Source of the DNA: Candidatus Omnitrophota bacterium
Lineage (GTDB): Bacteria > Omnitrophota > Gorgyraeia > Tantalellales > Tantalellaceae
Direction: 5' to 3'
DNA length: 64,000 nt
Assembly: GCA_043813915.1 (NCBI GenBank)
Contig: JBDRKO010000001.1
Coordinates: forward strand, 64,835 to 128,834
The translations under genes and the position numbers were made by a program. Shown one piece after another: positions 1-9,453 of the stretch; position 1 is the first letter of the stretch, and every line of letters begins with the position of its first letter. The notes beneath the pieces are model-generated. The model did no database searches and was not told where the DNA came from. It worked only from the letters and a program-made list of their open reading frames with translations.

Positions 1-274
1 ATGAATTGTAGATGTTCATCAAATGGTTCTGTCCGACGCTTGCCGCGGCCTGCATGCCCGAAAGAGAGAGACCTTTTTTCTCAAGTCCCAGAAGCCCCAG
101 CCCGGACCCGACGGCGCCGGAAGATACCAATATCACTTCCATCCCGGCATCCTTCAGATCGGATATCTGGTTCGCAATGTTCTTAATTACCGCCTGATCG
201 ATCCGGTTGGCACTGTCAGTCAAGACCCGTGTACCGATCTTTATCGTGATCCTCTTTGTTCTTTTTGCTGACAT
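1..274 (-). CDS. proB: Glutamate 5-kinase, N-terminal part (runs off the window start)
   Basis: Not in the ORF track. My translation from ATG at 274 is MSAKRTKRITIKIGTRVLT...VILVSSGAVGSG...QAAASVGQNHLM, with ProB motifs KxGT, VSSGA and QAAAxVGQ. Overlaps the obg 3' end; obg-proB adjacency is common. Confidence 0.93.
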   Translation of the reverse strand, partial: MSAKRTKRITIKIGTRVLTDSANRIDQAVIKNIANQISDLKDAGMEVILVSSGAVGSGLGLLGLEKKGLSLSGMQAAASVGQNHLMNIYNS

Positions 275-1229
275 TTTTTATTTCCTCGTAGATGGCCGCT
301 ATAAGCCCGTCAAGACCTTCGCCGCTAAGGGCCGATATGCCGTGCGCTTTTATCCCTATTTTTTTTCTGAACTCTTCGGCGGCCGCTGAGCCGTCCGTAA
401 TATCGATCTTGTTGAGAGCTATGACCCTCGGTTTATTATACACTTTCTCGTCATATAATTTAAGTTCTTCTTCAAGTTTTCTGAAATTATCCGCGGGGTC
501 GGAACCATCCGCGGGCGAGGCATCGACTATATGCACCAGAACGCTCGTCCTTTCTATATGCCTCAGAAATCTGTCACCCAGACCTTTCCCGCTGTGTGCC
601 CCTTCTATCAGCCCCGGCATATCAGCGACAACAAAAGTTTTATCATAAAAACTGACCACGCCTAGTTTAGGACTTTTTGTAGTGAACGGATACGGAGCTA
701 TCTTTGAATGTGACCTTGATATTCTGGAAACAAGAGTGGACTTACCCGCGTTGGGAAAACCTATGATACCCGCGTCGGCGACCATTTTCAGTTCCAACAG
801 CAGGGTCTTGGATTCTCCATCATCCCCTTCCGAAGCGGTCCGTCCTCCGGAATTACCCCTTCCTCCGGTACCTCCTTTAGCCGCTATCAGGGTATCGCCT
901 GCCCTGACAAAATCCCTAATAACAAGGCCGCTGGAGGAATCCGTGACTATCGTTCCCACAGGGACCCTTATAAGGCAATCTTTGCCTTTTTTGCCGATCT
1001 TCCTGTTGGATCCGCCGTTGATCCCTTTGTGCGCTTTGTGATGCTGATTGTATTTAAAGTCCAGAAGTGTGTTAAGGTTGGGATCGCTCTCGATGATGAT
1101 ATCGCCGCCGTCTCCGCCGTCGCCGCCGTCAGGGAAACCCCTGCGGTGAAAAATGTCCCTATATAGACTCTGACATCCCTTTCCGCCTCTGCCGCCCAAA
1201 ACGTAGATCTTAGCTTGATCTATAAGCAT
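216..1229 (-). CDS. obgE: GTPase ObgE/CgtA
   Basis: Gly-rich Obg fold (GGDGGDGG), G1 GFPNAGKS, YPFTT, DMPGLIEGA, NKID; follows rplU-rpmA. Confidence 0.98.
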   Translation of the reverse strand: MLIDQAKIYVLGGRGGKGCQSLYRDIFHRRGFPDGGDGGDGGDIIIESDPNLNTLLDFKYNQHHKAHKGINGGSNRKIGKKGKDCLIRVPVGTIVTDSSSGLVIRDFVRAGDTLIAAKGGTGGRGNSGGRTASEGDDGESKTLLLELKMVADAGIIGFPNAGKSTLVSRISRSHSKIAPYPFTTKSPKLGVVSFYDKTFVVADMPGLIEGAHSGKGLGDRFLRHIERTSVLVHIVDASPADGSDPADNFRKLEEELKLYDEKVYNKPRVIALNKIDITDGSAAAEEFRKKIGIKAHGISALSGEGLDGLIAAIYEEIKNVSKKNKEDHDKDRYTGLD

Positions 1230-1230
1230 C

Positions 1231-1473
1231 TCATGCCGGAGTTACATTCACGACTTTTTTACCGGAAAAAGAGACCACCCCGTCGCATTTAGCGAACAAT
1301 GTATCGTCAGAGCCTATGCCCACGTTCATGCCGGGCTTGTACCTGGTCCCTCTCTGTCTGATGATTATACTGCCGCTGCTCACGGTTTCGCCTCCGAAAG
1401 TCTTCACTCCCAATCTTTGGGAGTTAGAATCTCTTCCGTTACGTGAAGAACCTTGTCCTTTTTTATGTGCCAT
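1231..1473 (-). CDS. rpmA: 50S ribosomal protein L27
   Basis: [32 protein letters not shown]. Confidence 0.99.
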   Translation of the reverse strand: MAHKKGQGSSRNGRDSNSQRLGVKTFGGETVSSGSIIIRQRGTRYKPGMNVGIGSDDTLFAKCDGVVSFSGKKVVNVTPA

Positions 1474-1547
1474 GACCTCTCCGTAAATTTGTTCTTATCA
1501 TTTATCCGCCCGCGCCTCTTGCTCTCCTGAACGCGTAAGGCTCAGTT

Positions 1548-1934
1548 CTATTTTTCGGTCTTTTTTGTTCCTGTTTTCTTAGCTTTAGGTGCTTCTTCTT
1601 TGTCCGCAGTTTTGGCGGTTCCCGGCAGATGCACGTCTTTCACTTTAAGCTGAGTAAGTTCCTGCCGATGCCCTTTCTTGGACTGCGAACTTTTTCTGTC
1701 CCTGTATTTGAAAGCGATCACTTTTTTACCCCGTTTATCGCATAAAATATCGCATTCCACATACGCCTCATCTATATAGGGCGTTCCTATAAGATATGAC
1801 GCTCCGCTTTTACCGAACAGCACTTTTTCGACCTTTATGCTTTTGGATCTCTGATCCTTAATGCGGTTCACTTCTATGACCAAATTCTTTTCCACGCGCA
1901 TCTGCGACCCTTGAAGTTCTATTATAGCGTACAT
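1548..1934 (-). CDS. rplU: 50S ribosomal protein L21 with a Lys-rich C-terminal tail
   Basis: MYAIIE..G.Q, KVIAFKY, KKGHRQ; SD AGGAG upstream. Confidence 0.97.
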   Translation of the reverse strand: MYAIIELQGSQMRVEKNLVIEVNRIKDQRSKSIKVEKVLFGKSGASYLIGTPYIDEAYVECDILCDKRGKKVIAFKYRDRKSSQSKKGHRQELTQLKVKDVHLPGTAKTADKEEAPKAKKTGTKKTEK

Positions 1935-2020
1935 CCTTGTTCTCCTATTGTTATATAACCCTTTTAGCAGTAAATGCTTATACAGAAAATCCGGGCGAAA
2001 CCCTTCCCGGATGCTTTATG

Positions 2021-2049
2021 ATATTATCAAATACAACGAGCATTGTCAA
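2021..2049 (-). promoter_or_regulatory. Sigma70-type promoter for rplU-rpmA-obg
   Basis: Minus strand TTGACA-N17-TAATAT, followed by a GC hairpin (1989-2012) in the leader. Confidence 0.6.
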
Positions 2050-2136
2050 GCATTAACCTTTTCTTTCCTACGGGGTGCTATGGCAGGATCAAAAGCGTCC
2101 CCTTCCTTATTATCTATCTTCGCGCTGTCGTATAAA

Positions 2137-3042
2137 CTACATCTCTTTCCAGGATTCTATCGTGGGCGGCAATTCTCTCAGAGTGTCGAACGCGTCGTCT
2201 ATTATCTCCTCGCTGAACGTGACATCCGCTGTCCCGGTTATCGTAGTATCCACGGTGACACCGCTTTTTACAAAGATCGTCCCGTTTATCTCGGGGTTGC
2301 CGCTGATACTGAGGTCGCCTTCGACCCAGAGTACCCCGTTAAAGGTCCCGCCGGTAATATGGAAATCCCCGTTAACGATAAAAATGCCTTCACCTATCCA
2401 TTCGTTATCGCTTACCGTCGATTCGTCGCCGGAACCGTTCACCCATGTGACTTTGCTGGCCGAATCGCCGTTAGCGAACGCTCTGTCATAATATGTGTCC
2501 GGAAAATAATATTTGACGATATCCTCCATCTGTGTTTTCGGCATTCCGAACGCGTTCTCAAAAGATATAACGGCGTTCTCCTCCACATCGCCCGTAACAA
2601 CAACATTACCCTTGATGGACAATGTTCCTTCTGTGGCGATAGCGGAAATTATACTGCCGGGGGCGGGCGGGATAAGATCCTTCATTACCACCTCTATGGT
2701 CCTGGCGGCATTATCCACGCTACCGGAAGAACGGATCCTCAAAAGGTCAGCCGGCAAAGCTGCACCGCCGGCTTCGGTATTATATATGTTTGCGGTATAT
2801 GAACCCGCCCCGAGCGTTCCCGACACGTCGGCCGTATTCGCCCAATTAAGATTCAGCTGTGTACGGGCCTTTTCCAATCCGGATTCGGCCAGATAGAACG
2901 CGCCCACGGAATCGTCTTGATGTTTTCCGATGATCACCTCATTGTTCGAGACCGTAACTATGGCCACGATCGCCAACGTTATCACGGCGATCACTCCGAG
3001 CGCTAACATAAGAGCTATTCCCTTCTTGTCCAAAACGCTCAT
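2137..3042 (-). CDS. PilX-like minor pilin with C-terminal Gly-rich beta-repeat region
   Basis: Class III signal KKG|IALMLAL lacking E5, then AFYLAESGLE (PilX N-terminal motif). Confidence 0.8.
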   Translation of the reverse strand: MSVLDKKGIALMLALGVIAVITLAIVAIVTVSNNEVIIGKHQDDSVGAFYLAESGLEKARTQLNLNWANTADVSGTLGAGSYTANIYNTEAGGAALPADLLRIRSSGSVDNAARTIEVVMKDLIPPAPGSIISAIATEGTLSIKGNVVVTGDVEENAVISFENAFGMPKTQMEDIVKYYFPDTYYDRAFANGDSASKVTWVNGSGDESTVSDNEWIGEGIFIVNGDFHITGGTFNGVLWVEGDLSISGNPEINGTIFVKSGVTVDTTITGTADVTFSEEIIDDAFDTLRELPPTIESWKEM

Positions 3043-3057
3043 TTTTGACCCCTTTGA

Positions 3058-3555
3058 TCAATTCCTTAGATTCACTTTAGTGGATAACGCGGCGCCCAAC
3101 GTGCGGCCGGCTACCTGATCTTCCGTATATATCTCGATCGTAACGACGCTGCCGTTAAGCGCAAAGACAAGACCCGGGGGAGATGCCCTGACATCGTCCG
3201 CGATCTTGTATTCGTCCCCTCCTGATCCGGTATCCGGATCATAAAAAACATCGGTCCCGCTGAGATAAAAACTCCTTTCAACCGCGTCTATCCCGCTGAT
3301 ATACCGTATTGTTGAAGTATTCGGCAGAGAAACGCTCGAAGCCTCGCGTATTCCGTCTGTTCCGCCCGCACCTCTCACCATCACATCAAGGGCTATCCTG
3401 GCCTGTCTCTGTACATCCGCGCGAGTATTGCCGTCTTTCCATGTTTTCTGCCCCATGGTGTAAAAGGCCATCATCCCGCCAATGGCCATGGTCAGGATAA
3501 AAGCGGTTATGATCACTTCTGTCAGGGAAAACCCTTTTTCCTCCGATATTCTCAC
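3058..3555 (-). CDS. PilW-like minor pilin
   Basis: Prepilin signal EKG|FSLTEVII; QARIALDVMVR..IREA. Confidence 0.8.
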   Translation of the reverse strand: MRISEEKGFSLTEVIITAFILTMAIGGMMAFYTMGQKTWKDGNTRADVQRQARIALDVMVRGAGGTDGIREASSVSLPNTSTIRYISGIDAVERSFYLSGTDVFYDPDTGSGGDEYKIADDVRASPPGLVFALNGSVVTIEIYTEDQVAGRTLGAALSTKVNLRN

Positions 3556-3571
3556 ACCCTCTCCTTCGTCA

Positions 3572-4036
3572 TTACTTATAACTTATAAGCGTAACCAATT
3601 CCAGGTCCGGATCGCCGACTGTCCCCTTGGTCATCGTGGTCCCCCATGCCGCTTTTTCCCAATTCAAGCATACGGTAACTATCAGGTTCCCATCGGAGTC
3701 CTGTGTTACGGTAGTGGTCCTAGTATCGTTGACGAGATCATCCCCGCCGAAAGCGCTGTCAACATCATTCTCCGCGGGTAACGGAACACTTATCCATCCC
3801 GCTATGACGAAGGGACTCTGCGATTTTACCCACTCCATTCTGTCCTGCAGCAAGTTCATGGCCTTTGCCCGGTTCTTCGTTCTCTTGATCTCCATATTTC
3901 CTACAATGAACGCCCCCATCATGCTTGTTATGACGACAACAAGTATAAGTATGGAAACAAGCGCTTCGACAAGGGTCATTCCCTTTTTATCGAAAACACG
4001 CTTTATTCCGCATGTCCTTTCGAAGAAAATAGCCAC
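3572..4036 (-). CDS. PilV-like minor pilin
   Basis: Prepilin signal KKG|MTLVEALVSILIL; A..LLQDRME. Confidence 0.8.
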   Translation of the reverse strand: MAIFFERTCGIKRVFDKKGMTLVEALVSILILVVVITSMMGAFIVGNMEIKRTKNRAKAMNLLQDRMEWVKSQSPFVIAGWISVPLPAENDVDSAFGGDDLVNDTRTTTVTQDSDGNLIVTVCLNWEKAAWGTTMTKGTVGDPDLELVTLISYK

Positions 4037-4103
4037 GATAGGCTCCTTAATAGGTCTACTTATAGTTTACCTGATCCCCTCGATTAAACCAAAGTTCCTC
4101 TAC

Positions 4104-5651
4104 TCATTTTTCGTCTATCACAATATCCTCGATATGCAGGGATCTATCCGTCTTTATCTCTATATTGCAATGATACTTACGCTGCACATCGCTGAGCATG
4201 ATAGCCTGGTCGGACACAAGCGCCAGATTTATATCCGGATGCAGGCTTACCGTTAGCGTCTTCTTTCTGGTGGGGGTCTTCCCTAAGATGGCGTCCATCC
4301 TTCTCACTGCCTCTATCGCTATCGTCTCAACGCTTTTTATCATGCCTTTACCCGCGCAATACGGGCATTCCACCCGTGAAGAGCCCTCCAGGCTTTTTCT
4401 CATCCTTTGCCGCGTCATCTCGACTATCCCGAATTGAGAGATGGCGCGCAGGCTTATGCGTGCTTTGTCCGATTTGATCATCTGCTGCAGTTTGTTGAAC
4501 ACCTTGTCGCGGTGGTCCTTCGAATCCATGTCGATAAAATCTATTATAATGATCCCGCCTATATCCCTCAGCATAAGCTGACGCGGGATCACTTCGGCCG
4601 CTTCTATATTCGTCTTGAACGCCGTCTCTTCAAGACTCCTTTTCCCGACAAAACTGCCGGTATTAACGTCTATTACGACCACTCCTTCCGTTTGCTCAAT
4701 GATAAGGTAGCCGCCGCTGCTTAAAGACACTTTCCTCTCGAATATCTCGTCTATTCTCTTATCAAGGTTATTCTTCTGAAAAAGCGGTGTCCTTCCCTCA
4801 TACAATTTGACCTTTTTTCTCAACGCGGGCATGAACGCTTTAAGAAAACGCGTGATACGGCTATACTCTTCCCTGGAATCCACAATAAGCCGTTTGAAGT
4901 CTTCGGTAAAAGTGTCCCTTATCATACGCAACACTATACCGTATTCCTCATACACGGTGATAGGCGCGTTCTTTTTTTCCGCTCTCATTCTTATTTTTTC
5001 CCACAGGTTCATCAAATATCTCAATTCCCTTTTTAATTCCTGTTCGGATATGCCCTCGGCGACGGTCCGTACTATGCACCCGGTCTTTTTCATAAGTTCT
5101 TCCCCTCCGAGAAGGTCCCTGATGCGCTTACGTTCCGCTCTGTCCTCAATACGTCTGGATATACCTATGCCTTTGTCGAACGGCATAAGGACTAAGTATC
5201 TCCCCGGCAGGCTGATATGCGTCGTTAGCCGCGGCCCCTTTGTCCCCATAGACTCTTTAACGACCTGCACCATGATCTCCTGCCCTTTAGTGAGCAGGTT
5301 GTTTATCTTTACCGGGCCGCTTCTTTTCGGTTCTTTTATCTCCGGCTCATCCTCATCCGGCAGCATCATTTTAAGCGCCGCCGCCATATCTACTACATCG
5401 CTCACATGGAGGAATCCGTTCTTGTCCATACCGATATCCACAAAGGCCGCCTCGATACCGGGCAGGATAGAGTTGACCTTCCCTTTGTAAATGCTCCCCG
5501 CGCAATGTTCGAGACTCTTTCTTTCCATAAAAAAATCCGCCAGTTCGCCGTCATGAAGTATCGCTATGCGTTTTTCCACCGGACCGACATTGACCAGTAT
5601 CTCGTTACCCGTATTCTCATTCTCTTTTTTGTTCTTTCTCGCTGCCATCAT
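4104..5651 (-). CDS. rng: Ribonuclease E/G family (Rng)
   Basis: S1 domain GSIYKGKV..ILPGIEAAFVDIG, VIDVNTG, GGIIIIDFIDM, Zn-link CPYC. Confidence 0.96.
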   Translation of the reverse strand: MMAARKNKKENENTGNEILVNVGPVEKRIAILHDGELADFFMERKSLEHCAGSIYKGKVNSILPGIEAAFVDIGMDKNGFLHVSDVVDMAAALKMMLPDEDEPEIKEPKRSGPVKINNLLTKGQEIMVQVVKESMGTKGPRLTTHISLPGRYLVLMPFDKGIGISRRIEDRAERKRIRDLLGGEELMKKTGCIVRTVAEGISEQELKRELRYLMNLWEKIRMRAEKKNAPITVYEEYGIVLRMIRDTFTEDFKRLIVDSREEYSRITRFLKAFMPALRKKVKLYEGRTPLFQKNNLDKRIDEIFERKVSLSSGGYLIIEQTEGVVVIDVNTGSFVGKRSLEETAFKTNIEAAEVIPRQLMLRDIGGIIIIDFIDMDSKDHRDKVFNKLQQMIKSDKARISLRAISQFGIVEMTRQRMRKSLEGSSRVECPYCAGKGMIKSVETIAIEAVRRMDAILGKTPTRKKTLTVSLHPDINLALVSDQAIMLSDVQRKYHCNIEIKTDRSLHIEDIVIDEK

Positions 5652-5678
5652 TATTTCCTCCCTTAACCTCTCGCTCTG

Positions 5679-5984
5679 TTAAGCATGTTCTATTGTTATT
5701 TTCTCTATACCTATCCCTTCGGGCAGGCAGGCGTTCATTTCTTCCTTTATTTTTTCAACACTGACATGCTCTCCGAGCCAGATCGTCATCTCTTCTGTCA
5801 TGCTTTCGTTCCCGAGCTTAAGAGCTTTTGGAATGCTTATTTTTACCCGAGGAGTGAACCCTTCCGTAAGGACCAGGGGGAGCGATGTCCGGCGCATGGA
5901 CCTGCGTATGACCGTCATGAGGTCCAGATGAGAAATATACGCCATATTTCCCTTTTTATGGAATATCGCGCTAAACTTTATCAT
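5679..5984 (-). CDS. TIGR03936/DUF2344 radical SAM-linked protein (short form)
   Basis: KKGNMAYISHLDLM..IRRSMRR..LP...TEGFTPR; usual position upstream of rng. Confidence 0.88.
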   Translation of the reverse strand: MIKFSAIFHKKGNMAYISHLDLMTVIRRSMRRTSLPLVLTEGFTPRVKISIPKALKLGNESMTEEMTIWLGEHVSVEKIKEEMNACLPEGIGIEKITIEHA

Positions 5985-6124
5985 TATGTGCTCTTAAAAA
6001 ACGGCCGTTTCTCCGGGCATTTCGGCTTTGAGGACAGGACTTTCGGAGCATCTATGGATCTGATAAATAAACCCTTTGGTATCTATATTATCGTCCGTTC
6101 CTTTTCCTGACCGTGTAAATGTCG

Positions 6125-7786
6125 TTATTTTCTGAAATCAAAAAGCGCCTTCTTTTTGTCCCCCTCGGCGGAGGATGTTCTCCCATATACTTCCGCTTTT
6201 TCTTTTGAAACTTTTATTTTGCCCTTCTTCACTGCGCCGTTCTCGGCGCTCCCTTGCCCAGGATAATGCTTATCATACTGAGCCTTAGTGCCCGGGAAAT
6301 TCAGGGTATCCCTGCCGTCCCTTATGATATGCACCGTCACAAAGAAAACGACCTCGGTCTTTTCTTTGTTGTCCTGCTTATATTTAACTAACCCTCCTAC
6401 ATAGGGTATCCACCCCAGAACGTCCCCGAGTATCGGGAACTTATGATCTTCTTTCGACAAGGTTTCCGATATCAGCCCGCCGATAAATATCGTCTCCCCG
6501 TCCCTGACCATGACCTGCGTATCCGCTTCCCGGGACTGATACTGCATCGCCACCGTATTCTGCGAATTGCTCACTTCCAGTTCCGTGAACGCGAGATTAC
6601 TGGATACCTGCGGGTGCAGATCTACCGTGACCTCATTGTTGTCATTGACATGCGGAGTGACCTCCAATATTACCCCTACCTGACGGGGTACGCTCTCGAA
6701 CTCCACGGTCACCAGGGTCCCGGTATCACCTGTTGACTGGCTTTTCTGCAGGAACACATTGTTCACCACGCGTATCACCGCCGCCTGATTGTTGAGAGTG
6801 GTCACCCTGGGGCTCGATAATATCTCGGTATCATCCCGTTCGTCCAGCATTCTAAGAACAGCTGTAAATTGGCTAAAATCAAGCGTCCCGTAGGAAAAGA
6901 TCGAGTTCGCGACCGCGGCCGCCGTAACATCGATACCATCGTCATCACTGTTATAAACCTGCGGAAAATTCGTATCCGCTTGGCCTCTGTTGATCTCGGG
7001 ATAAAATTCGCGTTGCGTACCCGGGAGCCATTTAAATATCCCATTATTCGAGAACGGAAAAGTTACCGGCCTTCTCGCTCCGGCGGCGGAAACTACCGCG
7101 TTCCAATCGACCCCGAACTCATCGGTCTTGTCCAGGGTAACCTCTATGACCTTAGCCTCCAGCATGATCTGCGGTGTCTTTTTGTCTATTCTTCCTACCA
7201 TATCCTTTATACTGCTGATACGGGCGGGGATCGCCGTAACGACTATGGCGTTCGCGCTCGCGAGAAATGTCGCTTTTTCCCCGGCAACAGATACTATGAC
7301 CGAATTTATGGCGTCCAAAAGCTGCTTGATGCTCTGATCTTTTTCCGAAGAACCCTCCTGCACCATATAATTCAGCGGGATGACGACCGTTACCGGCTCT
7401 TCCGTCTGGAGCACATCCTTAGGCATTACCCGTATTATTCCTTCTTCGTCGTCACGGGAATACACATACCCGTAATTCCTGGTCACAATATCCAAAGCGA
7501 CCACCCAGGGTTTGTCTCGGAGCCTCATGGTCACTGCCCCCTCAACCCCCGGGGACGGCACTATATCCACTCCGCTTATTTCGGAAAGGTAATGAAGCAC
7601 CGTCTTAATATCCACATCCTTGAAATTGACGCTTATATTCCCGGACGAGGGAAGCTTTTGGATCATTCCTTCGGCCGCCCCGGGGTTATTCACATCGCCG
7701 AAAAGGTCCGCCGGAGCAAATACCGTAAGCGAGAAGATCACCGCTGTGATCACAGCTACCCCGCACATATTCTTTCTCAGAGTCAT
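6125..7786 (-). CDS. pilQ: Type IV pilus secretin (PilQ-like, no AMIN domains)
   Basis: Signal peptide, ISVNFKDVDI (N0), QIMLEAKVIEV, LSSPRVTTLNNQ, DGETIFIGGL, P.LGD..G.IP.VG.L; downstream of pilMNOP. Confidence 0.9.
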   Translation of the reverse strand: MTLRKNMCGVAVITAVIFSLTVFAPADLFGDVNNPGAAEGMIQKLPSSGNISVNFKDVDIKTVLHYLSEISGVDIVPSPGVEGAVTMRLRDKPWVVALDIVTRNYGYVYSRDDEEGIIRVMPKDVLQTEEPVTVVIPLNYMVQEGSSEKDQSIKQLLDAINSVIVSVAGEKATFLASANAIVVTAIPARISSIKDMVGRIDKKTPQIMLEAKVIEVTLDKTDEFGVDWNAVVSAAGARRPVTFPFSNNGIFKWLPGTQREFYPEINRGQADTNFPQVYNSDDDGIDVTAAAVANSIFSYGTLDFSQFTAVLRMLDERDDTEILSSPRVTTLNNQAAVIRVVNNVFLQKSQSTGDTGTLVTVEFESVPRQVGVILEVTPHVNDNNEVTVDLHPQVSSNLAFTELEVSNSQNTVAMQYQSREADTQVMVRDGETIFIGGLISETLSKEDHKFPILGDVLGWIPYVGGLVKYKQDNKEKTEVVFFVTVHIIRDGRDTLNFPGTKAQYDKHYPGQGSAENGAVKKGKIKVSKEKAEVYGRTSSAEGDKKKALFDFRK

Positions 7787-7803
7787 TAAGGTCCTCCTGT
7801 TTT

Positions 7804-8142
7804 CTATTCGTATAATTGTATCTCATGATCCTCTTCCCCGATGCCCATGACCACGGAATTATCCGATATTTTCTTTATGCGGAAATTCTGCGTACCGTAA
7901 CCCTCTTTCATCATCTCGCCGTTTATTATCGCGGTATAGGACCCGTCCGCTCCTTTGATTATTCCCTGCAGGGATACATCGCTAACCGAAAGGATCGCTC
8001 CGCCCTCTACCTGAACGTCAGCGCTCACTCCGACCAAGGGGACGAAAGGATCCCTTTTGACCGAAGCGGCGCGCTCCGCCGGGAACGCGTAAGCCGGAAC
8101 ACATACGGCCGCTAAGAATAATACAGTAAGCTTTATCTTCAT
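7804..8142 (-). CDS. PilP-like protein
   Basis: Signal/TM, RDPF motif, LQGII....TAIING; between pilO and pilQ. Start 8142 or 8160. Confidence 0.75.
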   Translation of the reverse strand: MKIKLTVLFLAAVCVPAYAFPAERAASVKRDPFVPLVGVSADVQVEGGAILSVSDVSLQGIIKGADGSYTAIINGEMMKEGYGTQNFRIKKISDNSVVMGIGEEDHEIQLYE

Positions 8143-8143
8143 G

Positions 8144-8740
8144 CTATTGACCTGAAACATATGTCTTTAGTGTCATGCTAATATCGTGTTGCCTTGGGGA
8201 ACCCTCGTTATACTGTATACGCAAGTCCTCGATCGAAACGAACCTGCTTCCTTTCTCCAGATTGCTTATGAACTGCGCCAGTTGATGATATCCGCTCTTC
8301 GCGGATATCCGGATAGGCATTTCCGCGTAATATATTTTCCCGTCGCTCTCCTGGGCCGACCTAAGTTCCGAAGGTGTTATACTTATGATGTTGACCCCCG
8401 AAACTTTGGCTATCGAGGCCAGTCCCTCAAGGAATTCCGGAATATCTTTCTGACCGGGCAATCCTTCCGAATACCCTTCCAGTTCCGTTTTGATCTTGTC
8501 CAATGCTTCGGTCATCCCGTCAATACGGTTTACCCGTCCGCTGACCGACTCTATTTGCGTTCTCATCTCCGCCGCTTCTTTTCCGGTCTTCAAAAAAAAT
8601 AACGTCCCGGGTATGATGCATGTCATGGCGTAGACCATCCCGGCCAGCGCGATAGCGCCCGCGATGATATACCGCCTCATCCCTTCATCGCTGATAAGCT
8701 CTTTTATTTTCGCCGCGTTAAGGTCTTTTAACTCGATCAT
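8144..8740 (-). CDS. pilO: Type IV pilus assembly protein PilO
   Basis: TM, coiled coil, LP..KDIPEFL..L, YAEMPIRI...SGYHQLAQFIS.LE. Start re-called at ATG 8740, overlapping the pilN stop (ATGA). Confidence 0.9.
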   Translation of the reverse strand: MIELKDLNAAKIKELISDEGMRRYIIAGAIALAGMVYAMTCIIPGTLFFLKTGKEAAEMRTQIESVSGRVNRIDGMTEALDKIKTELEGYSEGLPGQKDIPEFLEGLASIAKVSGVNIISITPSELRSAQESDGKIYYAEMPIRISAKSGYHQLAQFISNLEKGSRFVSIEDLRIQYNEGSPRQHDISMTLKTYVSGQ

Positions 8741-9399
8741 TTTTTCTTTTTCCCTTCGTCCTGAACACCGGCAGCCATTTCGGATACGTCCGGGGCCAAA
8801 CGGCATTCTAGCATGAATCTCATCGCCTCTTTTCCCGCCACTTCCTGCGCTCTCATATTGTGCAGTTCTATTTCCTTGAACGGTTCAGCAAAATCCGGGT
8901 TATTTTTAAGACTTGTAATGAAACGTGCTACTATGGATGTCGCTTCCTGAGAATTTCCCAATGCGTAACCCGTTATTCCCACGGAAACGGGGAGCTTTTC
9001 CTTTACTCCGCCCTTCGTGTCAGCGTTATCGAATTTGACCTCGAACTCCGAAAGCCACACCTTGGGTATCACAGCATCGTTAAGTCCTCTCAGAAGATCG
9101 CTCCAATCAAGCCCCAATTCGGCTATTCCGCGTATGACCTTTAACCGCTTTTCCGCTTCGCCAGTCTCTCTCGTAAGCTTCCCGATCAGATCTCTCTGCG
9201 GCTGCATCTGGCCCCATTCCAAAGTCAGAACGTCCAGTTCCCCTTTGCTTCTCCCGGACAACAGCACTATCGAAATATGTACTGCCAAAAGCAGCGCGAA
9301 CAGTGCTACGGCTATCCTTACTACGGGAATGTCCGACAGCTCCACTGATATTTTCCTGGTTTTCCTAAGTTCTTTCGGCAGCAGGTTAAGTTCGATCAT
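8737..9399 (-). CDS. pilN: Type IV pilus assembly protein PilN
   Basis: N-terminal LNLLP motif, TM, IP.KVWL, ITGYA. Confidence 0.92.
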   Translation of the reverse strand: MIELNLLPKELRKTRKISVELSDIPVVRIAVALFALLLAVHISIVLLSGRSKGELDVLTLEWGQMQPQRDLIGKLTRETGEAEKRLKVIRGIAELGLDWSDLLRGLNDAVIPKVWLSEFEVKFDNADTKGGVKEKLPVSVGITGYALGNSQEATSIVARFITSLKNNPDFAEPFKEIELHNMRAQEVAGKEAMRFMLECRLAPDVSEMAAGVQDEGKKKK

Positions 9400-9453
9400 A
9401 GCACAGTAAGACCCTCCGATGAAAAACGTTCATCCTCCCGTATTCTCCGGACT

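Noticed and set aside
1989-2012. Hairpin in the rplU leader as a riboswitch or L21 leader
   Set aside because: A single hairpin with no recognisable aptamer consensus; cannot be supported without a covariance search.
5985-6124. Gap between pilQ and DUF2344 as a remnant of the radical SAM C-terminus
   Set aside because: My translations of the minus frames show no Cys-rich motif or convincing ORF.
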